Below are positions 1 through 12,450 of a stretch of 64,000 bases of DNA, one piece after another. A program made the position numbers and the translations under genes. The DNA lies in the NCBI GenBank assembly GCA_951406725.2, contig OX597834.1, positions 9,486,001 through 9,550,000 of the forward strand, written 5' to 3'. A model generated the notes under the pieces. That model had not been told where the DNA came from, ran no database searches, and saw nothing but the letters and a program-made list of their open reading frames with translations. Numbering within the stretch: the stretch's first letter is position 1; each line of letters begins with the position of its first letter. The stretch comes from Octopus vulgaris. Its lineage: Eukaryota.

Positions 1-319
1 AATGTTTACGCTGATTTTCATCTACGCAGAAACTTGAAGTAACTATGTTTTATCTCTAACGGACTGTATCATATTATTCATTCATTCTATTTTCTACATG
101 TAAAGTCTTTTTGTTTATTATGTATTTGTGGTACGAAGTTTGCCTCCTAACCACGTGTTATCAGGGTTCTGTCCCACTGCATAAAACCTTGTACAAGTAT
201 TTTCTACTATAGGCCCTGAGCTGAGTGTGGATTTGGTAAATGGAAAGTGAAAGAACGCTGTTACCCCTTTCTTTCTACCTCTCTCTCGTATATATATATA
301 TATGATAGATCGTTAGCTA

Positions 320-498
320 CTACACACATTTTGTTCTCTCCTTTTTTTTTCTCTCCTTGTTTTTTTCTGGGTCCCTTTCTGTAGAAGAGCGTAGGCTCGA
401 AACGTAAAATACTTTTTCTATTCCTGAGCGCTATACTAATACATGTTTGCTTGTACACCACCTGCCTTCGTCTTTTGTTTATTTTCGTAAACTTTCCC

Positions 499-502
<4 letters not shown>
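320..502 (+). mobile_element. Short repeat with hammerhead-like motif (PLE-terminus-like), family H1
   Basis: A second copy lies at 10497-10666. Both end directly in a TA-rich/(TA)n tract. Confidence 0.6.
371..412 (+). ncRNA. Minimal type I hammerhead-like motif, core CUGUAGA
   Basis: ttt-CTGTAGA-a-gagc(gtag)gctc-GAAA-cg-TA-aaa; palindromic stem III ACGT; GUA site. Position 6 is U rather than A and stem I is only 3 bp. Confidence 0.5.
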
Positions 503-555
<53 letters not shown>

Positions 556-869
556 TGTGTTTGTCTGTGTGTGTGTTTGTTCTATGCGTATGTCTTTGTG
601 TTGCTGACAGTTCCGCATCAGAGCTTGACAACTGTTGTGGGTTTCTTTACGTCCTCGTAACTTTGCGATTCAGCAACAGCCCGATAGAATAATACGAGGT
701 TTAAAAAATTGTGCCAGGGTCAATCTGTTCAACTAAGAAGACATAAAAAACCCTTCACGTCGATGCCCCAGCATAGCCGCAATCCAATGACTGGAAGAAG
801 TAACAAATGAAAGAACGCATAAACATACCCATACGCACCAACATATTTATATGCATAACTACGTTTGCG

Positions 870-892
870 TATACACACATACACACACACAC

Positions 893-968
<76 letters not shown>

Positions 969-1290
969 GTCTGTCTGTGTATCTATCTATATATCTGTCT
1001 GTCTGTGTATCTATCTATATATCTGTCTCTCTGTGTATCTATCTATCTATCTATCTATGTATCTATCTATCTTTGTATCTATGTATGTATATATATATAT
1101 ATGTATGATACATACAGATAGATACTTATATACACATACATTAAACTGTATAGCACGTATATATACGATATATATACGCGTGTTTGTGTGTATAAAATGA
1201 CCTATATGAACAAAAAGAGAATATATACAACGCACACAGCATATAAATAGACATTTCACATACACTCATAGATAACAAACGTAAGTACAG

Positions 1291-1323
<33 letters not shown>

Positions 1324-1534
1324 ATGTGTGTGTATGTATATGTGTGTGTATGTATATATGTGTGTATATGTGTGTGTGTATATATGTATGTATGTATGTA
1401 TATATGTATGTATGTATGTATATATGTATATGCATGTATGTATGTATATATGTATATGCATGTTTATATGTATGTATATATATATATAAATGTGTATGTA
1501 CGTACGTATATACATGTGTGTGTATGTATGTATG

Positions 1535-1570
<36 letters not shown>
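870..1570. repeat. Compound microsatellites (ATCT)n, (TA)n, (TATG)n
   Basis: Directly visible simple repeats. Confidence 0.95.
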
Positions 1571-1575
<5 letters not shown>

Positions 1576-2053
1576 TGGCGAAAGATATCATCGCACGCTT
1601 ATTTCTTGTATCTCAACGCACGTCACTCTTGCATTATGAATTGAGAAGAAACAGCAAGGAAATCCTAAAAAAGAGTATATCTGATAAACAGCTCAATCAA
1701 TACACAATGCGCTATCTGTTTATAAAGATTCTTGCGAATGTTGCCCCGAGAGCTCAAATGAATGGAAAATTCTCTATTGCTTGGATGGAATTCGCCAATA
1801 AAGATACTACTACAGAACCAAAACAGATGTTGCTCACAAGGTGTTCTTTACGAGCTACATAATTTCCAATAAATTATATTCATATTAGTAACGTTTTTTT
1901 CGGGTCTTTGATATATATATCTTTCAGGTTTTAGTTATATATTCGATATTAATAAACAGTCGTAGCTCTTGTTGCTGTTTATCCCCTTGGTGAGACCTTA
2001 TCGACTAGACCCACAATCAAAACATTTCCAACTGTGACCATCTCGTCGGGGAT

Positions 2054-2412
2054 ACTCTCACTTTTTCTCTTTACTCTTTTACTTGTTTCAGTCATTTGAC
2101 TGTGGCCAAAGACTTATTCTTTGTAAGCCTAGTACTTATTCTATCGGTCTCTTTTGCCGAACCGCTAAGTTACGGGGACGTAAACACACCAGCATCGGTT
2201 GTCAAGCGATGTTGGGGGGGACAAACACAGACACACAAACACATACACACATATATATGTTTCAGTTTCCGTCTACCAAATCCACTCATAAGGCTTTGGT
2301 CGGTCCGAGGCTATAGCAGAAGACACTTGCCCAAGGTGCCACACAGTGGTACTGAACCCGGAAACATGTGGTTGGTAAACAATATACTTACCACATGGAC
2401 ACTCCTACGCCT
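2054..2412 (-). mobile_element. SINE family A (internal deletions)
   Basis: Reverse complement of the family A head (ggcgcaggagtggctgtgtggtaag...) and the (gagtaaaa)n-type tail. Confidence 0.85.
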
Positions 2413-4103
2413 AGTACATCTTATTGCTATTTATGTTATATAAAATTTTCTTCCAATCTCAATATTGCAGTTACTAACTTGGATATTTCATAGCTATTAG
2501 TAGAGATTATGCTATCAGTTTATAAAATGGCTATTGTTGATATTAACACATGTCATAATTTTGTCCACTTAGTGCTGTCAAAGCCGTTTCGGCTGTGGCT
2601 GGCAGTTGTGTCATTTTGTATTAAGGGACAATATCGTACGTTTCCGTTTTGGCATAGCAATTTAGAAAATATATAGGGAGAGAAATGTTGCTACTAGATT
2701 TTGGAAGGCTATTTAATGGATAAAACTGAAGGTGGGAGCAGTGAGAAATGTTGCTTTATATTACTGTCCCCTGACCAAGGGACATACTTTATAACAAATA
2801 AATGCAAGAGTTAAGTGGAGGTCCTTTTAAGAAGGTCGTATTGTCATCTTCTGATAGTACGGTTTGATTTTTAGATTATTTGAGATTATATGTCTAGCAG
2901 GTATTGTAAGCATTTCACAATTTCTTCTTTGTTTTGTCGTAAAGCATTTGTCGACAGAATTAGCATATTACCGGACAGAATTGCATTCCGTATTTGTTTA
3001 TGTCTCTCTAAGTTTTGAGTTCAAACTGTGACGGATCCAAATATTAATATATCATTTATACAGAGATCAAGAAAATATCTATTTTCTTGTTTGTTCATAC
3101 CAAAAAACTCTACGCTTTTTCTAAAATACCTGACCTTGTGGTTATGAGAATTCTTAAATGCTCTATGCCATGTCCACCGTTTCGGCCAAGTGGATTACAT
3201 ATTTTGTAATCAGTCGGAGCATTCAGAAATGAAATTATCACTGCTCATTATTCCTTGTGCTTGCAAACGAGCTGTGAATTGAGTATTTATTGGAGTTTAT
3301 CCATTGGAATGGTATAAACACGTCCAGTAAAAGCGCAATTAGAGGATGCAATACGTGCAATAATATCATAATGAGGAGAATATAAACGCATGACGATATT
3401 CAATGGAATATGGGACATTGTGGAAAATCGTTGTTCTGAATCTGCAGCAGAACATATCGTGCGTGCATGCGTTTGTGTGCGTGTGTCTATGTGTGTGTGA
3501 GTGAGTGAGAGAAAGAAAGAGAGAGAGAGAAAGATGGGGAAAGAGTACATGCGCATCTAGGTTGGTTTAAAGTCACTCACAAACACGTAAGCACAACGAT
3601 ACTAAGAGAAAAGGCTAAAAGTGGGACAGTTACCTAAAACACCCGAATGGAAATCGTTGTTTTCAAAACATCCTCCTCCACAGCCTAAGTATTTCCCAAA
3701 ACAAAAGCGCATTCAAAGGGAGGAAAAAGCAAAAACAATGCTTTGAATATATAAGACAACTAATGGTAGCTTTGAATAGAAGTTATCTGTTATCAAAATT
3801 CGAAATATAAGCCGGAGAGTCTTGCAAAGACGATTAGATTGCTCGATCTGACATTCTGGGTGATGACCTACAAGGGGAAATTACACTATATGTACATATA
3901 TACTTTATATGTTTGTACTCTAGGTGTAACAGTGTGGAACTGACGCGGCCTACTTGCGCGAAAATTTTCTCGTACACCCAGGAACGGTGGCTTCATCTTC
4001 CAACCAAATAATCTTGACCGACATTAGTTTTGGCGCGAACAATATAAAATCAGATACATTTCGAACGCAACTGGAGTATACTGTGTATATATATATATAT
4101 ATA

Positions 4104-4331
4104 GGCGAGCTGGTAGAAACGTTAGCACGCCGGGCGAAATTCGTAGCCGTATTTCGTCTGTCGTTACGTTCCGAGTTCAAATTCCGCCGAGGTCGACTTT
4201 GCCTTTCATCCTTTCGGGGTCGATAAATTAAGTACCAGTTACGCACTGAGGTCGATGTAGTCGACTTAATCCCTTTGTCTGTCCTTGTTTGTCCCCTCTG
4301 TGTTTAGCCCCTTGTGGGTAGTAAAGAAATA
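4104..4331 (+). mobile_element. SINE family B (tRNA-derived, Meta-domain-like centre)
   Basis: ggcgagctggtagaaacgttagc...gagttcaaattcc (B box); gcctttcatcctttcggggtcgataaattaagtaccag resembles the MetaSINE central domain. Many copies in the window. Confidence 0.85.
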
Positions 4332-4359
4332 TATATATATATATATATAAATATATATT

Positions 4360-4560
4360 TGTATATCTGTGCTTCCCCTCTCACCACTATCGCGTGACAA
4401 CCGATGGCCGTGTGTGTACGTCACTTAACGGTTGGGCAAAAGAGAATGATAAAATAAGTACTAAGCTAAGCTTACAGAGAATAATTCTTGGGGTCGACGA
4501 TTGCGACTAAAGGCGGTGCTGTAGCTGCAGTCAAATGGCTGATATAGGTAAAAGAATAAT
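4360..4560 (+). mobile_element. SINE family A, 3' half
   Basis: gacaaccgatgg...gactaaaggcggtgc...gtaaaagaata matches the family A tail. Confidence 0.7.
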
Positions 4561-4561
4561 G

Positions 4562-4621
<60 letters not shown>

Positions 4622-5059
4622 AACGTAGCAGTAGCAAAGATATATTTGTGACTTAGGAGTGGAGAAAAGTCACAGTAAATAGATTAGTGTTGTATCTAAC
4701 AACACTTCCAGAATTAAAAGTGACACAAATTAGAAATTATTGCTCGTCACAGCTGACATTGTGGTGAATTTGTTTTTTTAAATACTTCTTTTTTTAAATA
4801 ATAACTCTCATTCATAACGTCATCATATTCTCATTGAAGGGGAAAAACCCAATTAATTGATCAAACAGGACGTAACAGATGTCAAAAAAAACACGCAAAA
4901 TGTAAGTATATTAGCGTGAAGACGAACTTGATCACTGAAGTCGACCTTGGCGCAATTTAATCTCAGGGTGTAAAGCGCCGAAAGTGGTTTTTATCCGACG
5001 TTCAAAAGGTTCTGCGTTCATTGATGATGATAAGGAAAACAATAATAATAATAATAATG

Positions 5060-5269
5060 ATTTCTGCTATAAGGACAAAGCCCAAAATTTAGGGGAGAGG
5101 GCTTGTCAATTACATTGACCCCAATGCGTCACTGGCACTTAATTTATCGCCACCGAAATAATGAAAGGTGAAGTAGACCTCAGTGGAATTTGGACTCAGA
5201 ACGCAGCTACGGGTGAAGAGCCCCTCAGGATTTTGTCCTCTGTGCTAAAGATTCTGCCAGCTCGCCGCC
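5060..5269 (-). mobile_element. SINE family B (older copy)
   Basis: Ends in gccagctcgccgcc (reverse complement of the head); flanked by (AAT)n. Confidence 0.8.
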
Positions 5270-5589
5270 TTCAATAATAATAATGAGAAGAAGGGCGGTC
5301 ATGATCCTTTCTGACATAAGTAGATCAAGAATTTTCACGATTATTTCCAACCCTGTGCTCCATTGATTAATATGGTACTTCGGCTAGAAAAATGGCAGAG
5401 CTCTATTTTGAAAAATTGAAAAGGTAACCAATACCGTTTCACTGAAGCGAAACCATCAAGACATGAAATAGATTGGGGGCAACTGAGGTGTTTAAATATC
5501 TGGGGATCAACGAAAAGAAAGAGATTCGATATATGACGATGAAGAGGAAGGCACTAACCTGGAACTGCTTTATGCAAGAATCTGAATGA

Positions 5590-5835
5590 TACTCTTTTAC
5601 TTTTTTCAGTCATTTGACTGCGGCCATGCTGGAGCACCGCCTTTAGTCGGGCAAATCGACCCCTGGACTTATTCTTTGTAAGCCTAGTACTTATTCTATC
5701 CGTCTCTTTTGCGGAGCCGCTAAGTGACAGGAACGTTGTCAAGCGATGTTGAGTGATAAACACAAACATATAAACACGTACACACACACACACTCACACA
5801 CACACACACACACACTCACAAACACACACACACAC

Positions 5836-5871
<36 letters not shown>

Positions 5872-6033
5872 GACGGGCTTCTTTCAGTTTCCGTCTACCA
5901 CATCCACCCACAAGGCTTTGGTCGGCCCGAGACTATAGTAGAAAACGCTTGCTCAAGGTACACGCAGTGGGACTGAACCCAGAACCATGTGGTTCGTAAG
6001 CAAGCTACTTATCACATAGCCACTCCTGCGCCT
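5590..6033 (-). mobile_element. SINE family A, near full length
   Basis: Head, internal (TA)/(CA) microsatellite and tail all present. Confidence 0.9.
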
Positions 6034-7433
6034 ATAATACTGGAAGACTATCTAACCTCGATATAATAGTATCAATAAATATACAATATACTAAACGTGC
6101 TGTTAGAAGTTACAGATTCCATGAGAAAACTGGAATATAGAAATATAAGAATTAAAAGCAAGGCAAAGAGACACCTTAAGCTTTTGTTTGTCCCGTGTAT
6201 CACATATGATATACAGAGCATATATATATGATACGCAAGCATATTTCATCAGTGTACATGCATCTTATATGATACGCAATTCCTATTCTTACCAACCACC
6301 TAATTAATTTGGGATTTGCGTAAAGAAAGCTTTATCCTACTCAGAAGTTTTGAAACAAGAGGTCACTAAAAGTCTGAAAACAAAAATGGATGTTTAAGAC
6401 CAACTTATGAAAGGGTTTTGGCCATGCAAAGGGTTAATAATAGTTCTCTGGGGATAGTTAAGCAATGTATAAACTACAAAATGTATTACTAAATCTTCGT
6501 GATTAGCACACGTTCATAACATACTCAATAGAGCCGAAGTAGTTGCTAAACAGGTATTATGGAGAATATCTCATATACAGTGAAGAAAAAATGTTCGAAG
6601 ACAATGAACTCAGAACTGCGCAGAGTTGTACACAATCGATCGCTGTTGTGTGTGACTCAGGTAATATAGTATTTGCTTTGATTAGTATGTTTTTCTATCG
6701 TATCGAAACGATGCGAGTAAACAATTATAATAGGCACGCAATAAAAATATAACTACTGAAATAATGATAAAAGGAAAAACGTTTGCTCTGGGAGTTGTTT
6801 TGCTAGATTCTGTTTTCGGTAGATAAGCTTTAAACCTTAGATTTATTGCACAGAATTGAAAATGGGAAATTGAAACATTCGTTCTTTTGTAGCGAACAGA
6901 AACATTATGAAAAAAATGGCATTTCCCAAAACGGGAATTGAAACCATAATGTTTGTATTTGATCTGTGCATGAATATTTCCTAGATGTTTCTATGTTTCA
7001 TGAATGTCCAAAATGTAATATTGATTTTCTTTTCAGACCCACAACCCACAAACCATTTGTTTCATTCGTAAATTATGGAAACGTGAGGGGGTGGCATGTC
7101 ATGGACCTAAGCAATATCTCAATATCTAACAGTTGTTATTCTAGGTTTCATTGTCTGAATTGTTTACCAAAAATTCCTTAGCTTCTTAGCTTCTTTTGTA
7201 GCGAACAGGAACATTAGATTGCAATAAAAAGGAGGTCGTATGCCACGGGGACAAGAATCCAGTGATATCCACGCTTCTTCAAGTTAAAAAATGTAAGAGA
7301 TTAGAATTCGAGAATGTATCTCCCAAGATTAATATCTACCACTGTTGGGTTCACAATAACATTATACTTGATTTCAATTCTGTGAGATTCGAATTACAGA
7401 GTAGCTTTAATCCTGGACGGCTGTCAGTATTAT

Positions 7434-7464
<31 letters not shown>

Positions 7465-7684
7465 AAAACTAATGATAATATTTCTCATCCGGGCAAAAAT
7501 GTGGAAGATTTAATCAAAACTAAGTTCTTTAGTTGTGCAGCATCATATAGACCACTAAAGTGTGAAAAGCTTAGCTGACTCAGATGATATTTGAACTTAG
7601 AATGTAAAGTATCAAAGAGTTTTGCCCGAACTGCCTTTCTTGCATTACAAAACATACATACACCACTCATGTATAATCCTATAT
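7434..7684 (+). repeat. ~250-bp direct duplication, copy 1
   Basis: Closely matches 8619-8863. Confidence 0.9.
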
Positions 7685-8618
7685 GGAGCGTTTTTCCTAA
7701 TAAGTGATAATTTCGACATAATAGTTAAGTGGTTGATGTTTTTAAGAAATCAAGCAACCAAGTTGCAGCTTTTCGCCGTCGGTGTATGTTTAGATAAATA
7801 TCAAGCGCAGATCTAATTTAAACACGGGCGATTTGAACGGCCGCCAGTAGAGGTGCTAAAATATCTGAAGCGATATCAGAACTTGAACAGCTGACGCTTC
7901 TGAGCTTTTAGGATGTCCACCGCGACTCGGCACTATTTCAAAAGTTTGCTTTCAGCAAATGAGGGATTCAACAGAAAAACGAATTTATTCACTTACCAAA
8001 CGAGGCGAACAACAAATCAGTAGAAAATACAAACTGTAATTGAATAAGTAGATAAATGCAACATTCGCTAGATTGTTCAATGTTATATCTGATTTACCAC
8101 GGAAATATCTGAAACACCTCATAGGCATTAACCTCAATCACAAATTACGGCACACGCGATATGTTTATCTGATCGGGAGATAAGCGGTTTGAATGGAACT
8201 AAAACAATTTGATAGATATATCTAATCGTTTCACATATAAGTAAATAAAGTATCAGGATAAATTTTAGAAGGCCTGAAAATAAAAATGCATTGGAATTCG
8301 TACGTACATACATACATATATACATACATACATACACGTATGTATAAATGCACACGGAAGTAGAGGGTAGTAATGGATACAGATTTTGGGACGGGATAAG
8401 CAGCTTTCGAAGGGAGATTGCGAAAGCGGGTCCCTCCACCCCCATATTTGACTAGTGCGATCCCGGAAGACGAAGTCAATTTTGACGGGATTTGAATTCA
8501 GAATGTAAAAAGACAGGCAAAATGGCGCTATGAATTTTGTCCGGGTGTGTTAACGGTTATGCCAGCTCGCCGCCCTGCAAGTAAGGTAAAATAATAACCA
8601 CAACAGTAATAATAATAA

Positions 8619-8858
8619 TAAGTATTATTATTATTATTATTATAAAACTAATGATAATATTTCTCATCCGGGCAAAAATGTGGAAGATTTAATCAAAACT
8701 AAGTTCTTTAGTTGTGCAGCATCATATAGACCACTAAAGAATGAAAAGCTTAGATGCCCCAGATGAAATTTGAACCTAGAATGTATAGTATTAAAGAGTT
8801 TTGCCCAAACTGCCTTTCTTGCATTACAAAACATACATATACCACTCGTGTATAATCC

Positions 8859-8863
<5 letters not shown>
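8619..8863 (+). repeat. ~250-bp direct duplication, copy 2
   Basis: Closely matches 7434-7684. Confidence 0.9.
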
Positions 8864-8897
<34 letters not shown>

Positions 8898-9526
8898 GTA
8901 TGCGTGTGGGGGTGCCATTTTGTATAATATCTTAAAAACATTAAAGCGAAAATTTACAATGAGAATGTTTCCATATTTTGAAAAATTCTTCGGTAGTTAC
9001 GACGTGAAAAATAAAAAAAATAAAAATATATGCTTTACAAAATATATGGAAATCGTGCTATTAAAATGAGTTATCAATTCCAAAAGAGCTATGAATATGC
9101 ATGATAAGACTCTTGGGACATGAAGAAATATAAAATGGAAAGAACCGAAAATGGCGAAACATTATTAAGTAAATCAATAATCGTAATGGGTTCGAACAAA
9201 CCAATTCTGATTATGTAAGAAGAGAATTAACCAAAAATATCGATATGTGATAAATAACATCGATAGGGACATTAGAAGCACACTTAATTTAGAAATGCAC
9301 ATGCCCATTTAGTATTTGCTGCCATCATTTTATAATGTACATCAGATGTTTTATTTATATTCTCTTCTCATTTATACTTATGCTTATGTATTATGACAAT
9401 AAAAATTATATATCTGTGTGTGTGTGTGTATGTTTTCATGTAGGTATGAGCGAACTTATGAAGGGAATAATTTATATTGTGTTCTTTCATAATTCTTAAT
9501 GTTGTGCAGCATTAGTATTTGTAAGG

Positions 9527-9568
<42 letters not shown>

Positions 9569-9980
9569 ATATATGCGGAGAGAAAAAGGCATAGAGTGGC
9601 TGCGAGGGAGATAAAGGGATGTAATTCGTTTAAACATTTGGTCTGTTGAGGCGTATTAAAATATACAATGCTGTTCTGAACTGTACTGTCCAGGACCATA
9701 CGTTACTTTTGATAACTTATCTTTACTGTCATGAATGAGTAAAATTCAAGAGTTCAATATATTCCTATGCATACTGCTCCAACATATTTGCTCCCTTTAT
9801 ATTCATAGATCTGCTCCTCTACAACCGGGGCGAATGCAAAAGTTTTTAACCTGGGTTAATGAAGTCTTTGACAAAAATACCTTGATATACTCTCATGCAA
9901 AATGTGCAGGAATTTCAGGTTCTGAAACAAATATATAGGAACACAGAAGAGTTGTTAATTTCCTTGATTCTAGCATATTA

Positions 9981-10196
9981 CTTATTTCTTTATTACCCAC
10001 AAGGGGCTAAACACAGAGGGGACAAACTAGGACAGACATAGGTATTAAGTCGATTACATCGACTCCAGTGCGTAACTGGTACTTAATTTATCGACCCCGA
10101 AAGGATGAAAGGCAAAGTCGACCTCGGCGGAATTTGAACTCACAACGTAACGATAGACGAAATACGGCTACGCATTTCGCCCGGCGTGCTAACGTT
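9981..10196 (-). mobile_element. SINE family B
   Basis: Reverse complement of 4104-4331, lacking the extreme 5' end. Confidence 0.85.
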
Positions 10197-10496
10197 TTAC
10201 TGCCACGATACACGCACTCGATCACACGCATTCGTCAGCCCCCCCCCCCGAAGAAACACACACATATCCCTATGTTTGTTAATGTGTAATTTCGAGGTCA
10301 TCATCAATCTTTTGATTTCTATAAAATAACACCGGTATTCTACTATGTGTACCGGAGTGGTTGTGTTGTAAGCAGTTTGCTTCCCAACCACAAGGTTCTG
10401 GATTGACTACCCCTGCGTGGTACCTTCGGCATTTGTCTTCTAGCATACACTAAGGCAGACAACAGCCTGGGGAGTAGACTTGGTAGACATGCAAGC

Positions 10497-10666
10497 ACTA
10501 CACACAATTTTTTCTCTCCTTATTTTTATTCTGTGTCCCTTTCTGTAGAAGAGTGTAGGTTCGAAACTTAATCGACTTTTTCTATTCCTGATCATTATAC
10601 TAATACATCTGTTTGTTTTGTACACCACCTGTCTTCGTCCTTTGTTTTTTTTCGTAAACTCTCCCT
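10497..10666 (+). mobile_element. Family H1 repeat, copy 2 (decayed hammerhead-like motif at 10535-10576)
   Basis: Aligns with 320-502; retains ctgtagaagag...tcgaaac. Confidence 0.6.
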
Positions 10667-10694
10667 ATATAAATATATATTTGTGTGTGTTGTT

Positions 10695-10743
10695 AACACA
10701 ACGTTGCGGCTGATATACCCTCCAACCTTCATCATCAGGTGTC
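10695..10743 (-). ncRNA. Minimal type I hammerhead motif (decayed copy)
   Basis: Minus strand: gacac-CTGATGA-(tga)-a-ggttg...cagcc-GcAA-cg-TT-gtgtt. Stem I gacac/gtgtt, palindromic ACGT stem III. GAAA is mutated to GCAA and a tga is duplicated. Confidence 0.6.
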
Positions 10744-10812
10744 TTGGGGAAATTTCAAACCTGCGTTCTCATTCCTAAGGTAGTTTTCAATGTTTGCTGT
10801 CATTATTATTCC

Positions 10813-10885
10813 GGTCAATGCTTGGAATCGAACTCGGAATCTTGGGGTTAGTAGCCGGCGCTCTTAACCACTACGCCATATGCCC
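10813..10885 (-). mobile_element. tRNA-derived SINE-like head (Ser-like ACT loop) upstream of the hammerhead
   Basis: gggcatatggcgtagtggttaagagcgccggctactaaccccaagattccgagttcgattcc: A box and B box present, acceptor stem broken. Confidence 0.7.
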
Positions 10886-11719
10886 GTGGGCATCCATCAA
10901 ATGCAAATAACATAAATAGAGCACATAATTCCTCATCTCTTGAATATAGAACTGTAATATCAATATACGTTTGTGATTAAATGCATGCGGGAATCTTCGA
11001 TAAAACGCGTTTAAGTGTTAATATATTGCTACATTAATCACAACTTGACATAAACTTAATGTTTCTATTACTCAAGATTTCTTAACTGTGTTGGAAACAA
11101 TTTTTTTCTCATCCTGTATGTTCTATTCGCCTTAAATTTCTTTCTCAATATTTGCTTTATTCATTCCAGAACACCGTTGCCAAATTTCACTATTTTCTTT
11201 TCTCTCAACTCGTAGCTCCACAGGCAAACAACTACACTGTAATGTTTATTTGGTTGCCACATCTGTCACGTAAAAGTGCTTTAGATTAAAGTTGATCAGG
11301 GAAGGTCGCTCTTTGACACTATGTCATTCTGTTTATTCCCACAGTATGTCGCAGTAATACATCAGTCAACAGAACTCTTAAATAACATCGTATTTACCGT
11401 AGTCTATTTATCTATTTGTAGTTTTATACATTTATCCATTGATTTTTCCATTTCTTTAATCCAATCTACGTTGGAATTCTCTGAAATATCTTTACCTTTA
11501 ACTTAGATGCTTATCTATGGCGATAATCCCTCGGGTCACCGTAAGTTTTCCGATAAAAATCGCTAACTTTGCTTTAGACTTGACAAGTTCCTACAGAGTT
11601 GCGTTTGGATTTCCTCAATGTTTTATCTCCAAAGTCATAATTCAACTCCCTAATCGCACATTGCATGAACGTACATCTAGATACGCACAGACATGTATAT
11701 ACATATATATATGCTTATA

Positions 11720-11722
11720 CAC

Positions 11723-11761
<39 letters not shown>

Positions 11762-12135
11762 GTATACATATATGTGTGTGTATATATATATGTGTATATA
11801 TATGTGTATATATGTATGTATATATATATGTATATATGTATGTATATATGTGTATATATGTATATGTATATATGTATGTATATATGTGTATATATGTATG
11901 TATATATATGTATATATATGTATATATATATGTATATATGTATATATATATATATGAGTATATATGTATATATATATGAGTATATATGTATATATATATG
12001 AGTATATATGTATATATATATGTGTATATATACATATATATATATGTGTATATATACATATATATATATATGTGTATATATACATATATACATATGTGTA
12101 TATATACGTGTGTGTGTGTGTGTGTATGTATATAT
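11720..12135. repeat. Compound microsatellite (TCTA)n/(TA,TG)n
   Basis: Directly visible. Confidence 0.95.
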
Positions 12136-12139
12136 GCTG

Positions 12140-12450
12140 AGACATCCTTCGGTCATGAATGACCATGGGATTGCACCTAGAAAGTTACCCTCCCAGGCAC
12201 AAATCTGGGCAAGGTTGTTTATGGAAGACCAGAAGTTGCCCATAGATACCGGCCTCCTCTCTCCATGCCATCGATGGTATCCAAGCGAAAGGCAAAGGGG
12301 CCGAAAAAGATTGGCTCCTGTGACGTTGTAACTCATTTCTACAGCTGAGTGAACTGGAGCAACGTGAAATAAAATGTCTTGCTCAAGAACACAACACGCA
12401 GGCAGGTCCGGGATTCGACCTCACAACCTATGATTGTAAGCTCAACGCTC
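12140..12450 (-). mobile_element. SINE family C
   Basis: Reverse complement of 35727-36062, lacking the first ~25 nt. Confidence 0.85.

Larger units (their letters stand above)
125..810 (+). mobile_element. Degraded tRNA-derived SINE, family A, interrupted in its internal microsatellite
   Basis: Head 125-262 and tail ~555-810 match the intact copy at 28468-28890. An unrelated HHR-bearing segment (320-502) sits between them. Confidence 0.7.

Noticed and set aside
2083-2443. Recurring ORFs such as ILCKPSTYSIGLFCRTAK, RGYSRRHLPK and MRNWYLIYRPRKDER
   Set aside because: They recur because they are translations of SINE families A and B.
3170-3220. Minus-strand ctgatta...gccgaaacggtgg
   Set aside because: The 3:8 pair is broken and position 17 is G.
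6428-6437. piggyBac-like end aaagggttaa
   Set aside because: No matching opposite terminus nearby.
7838-7858. CTCF-like ccagtagaggtgct
   Set aside because: Mismatches at the conserved GGC positions.
10813-10885. Functional tRNA-Ser gene
   Set aside because: The acceptor and anticodon stems do not pair properly; treated as a SINE-type head.
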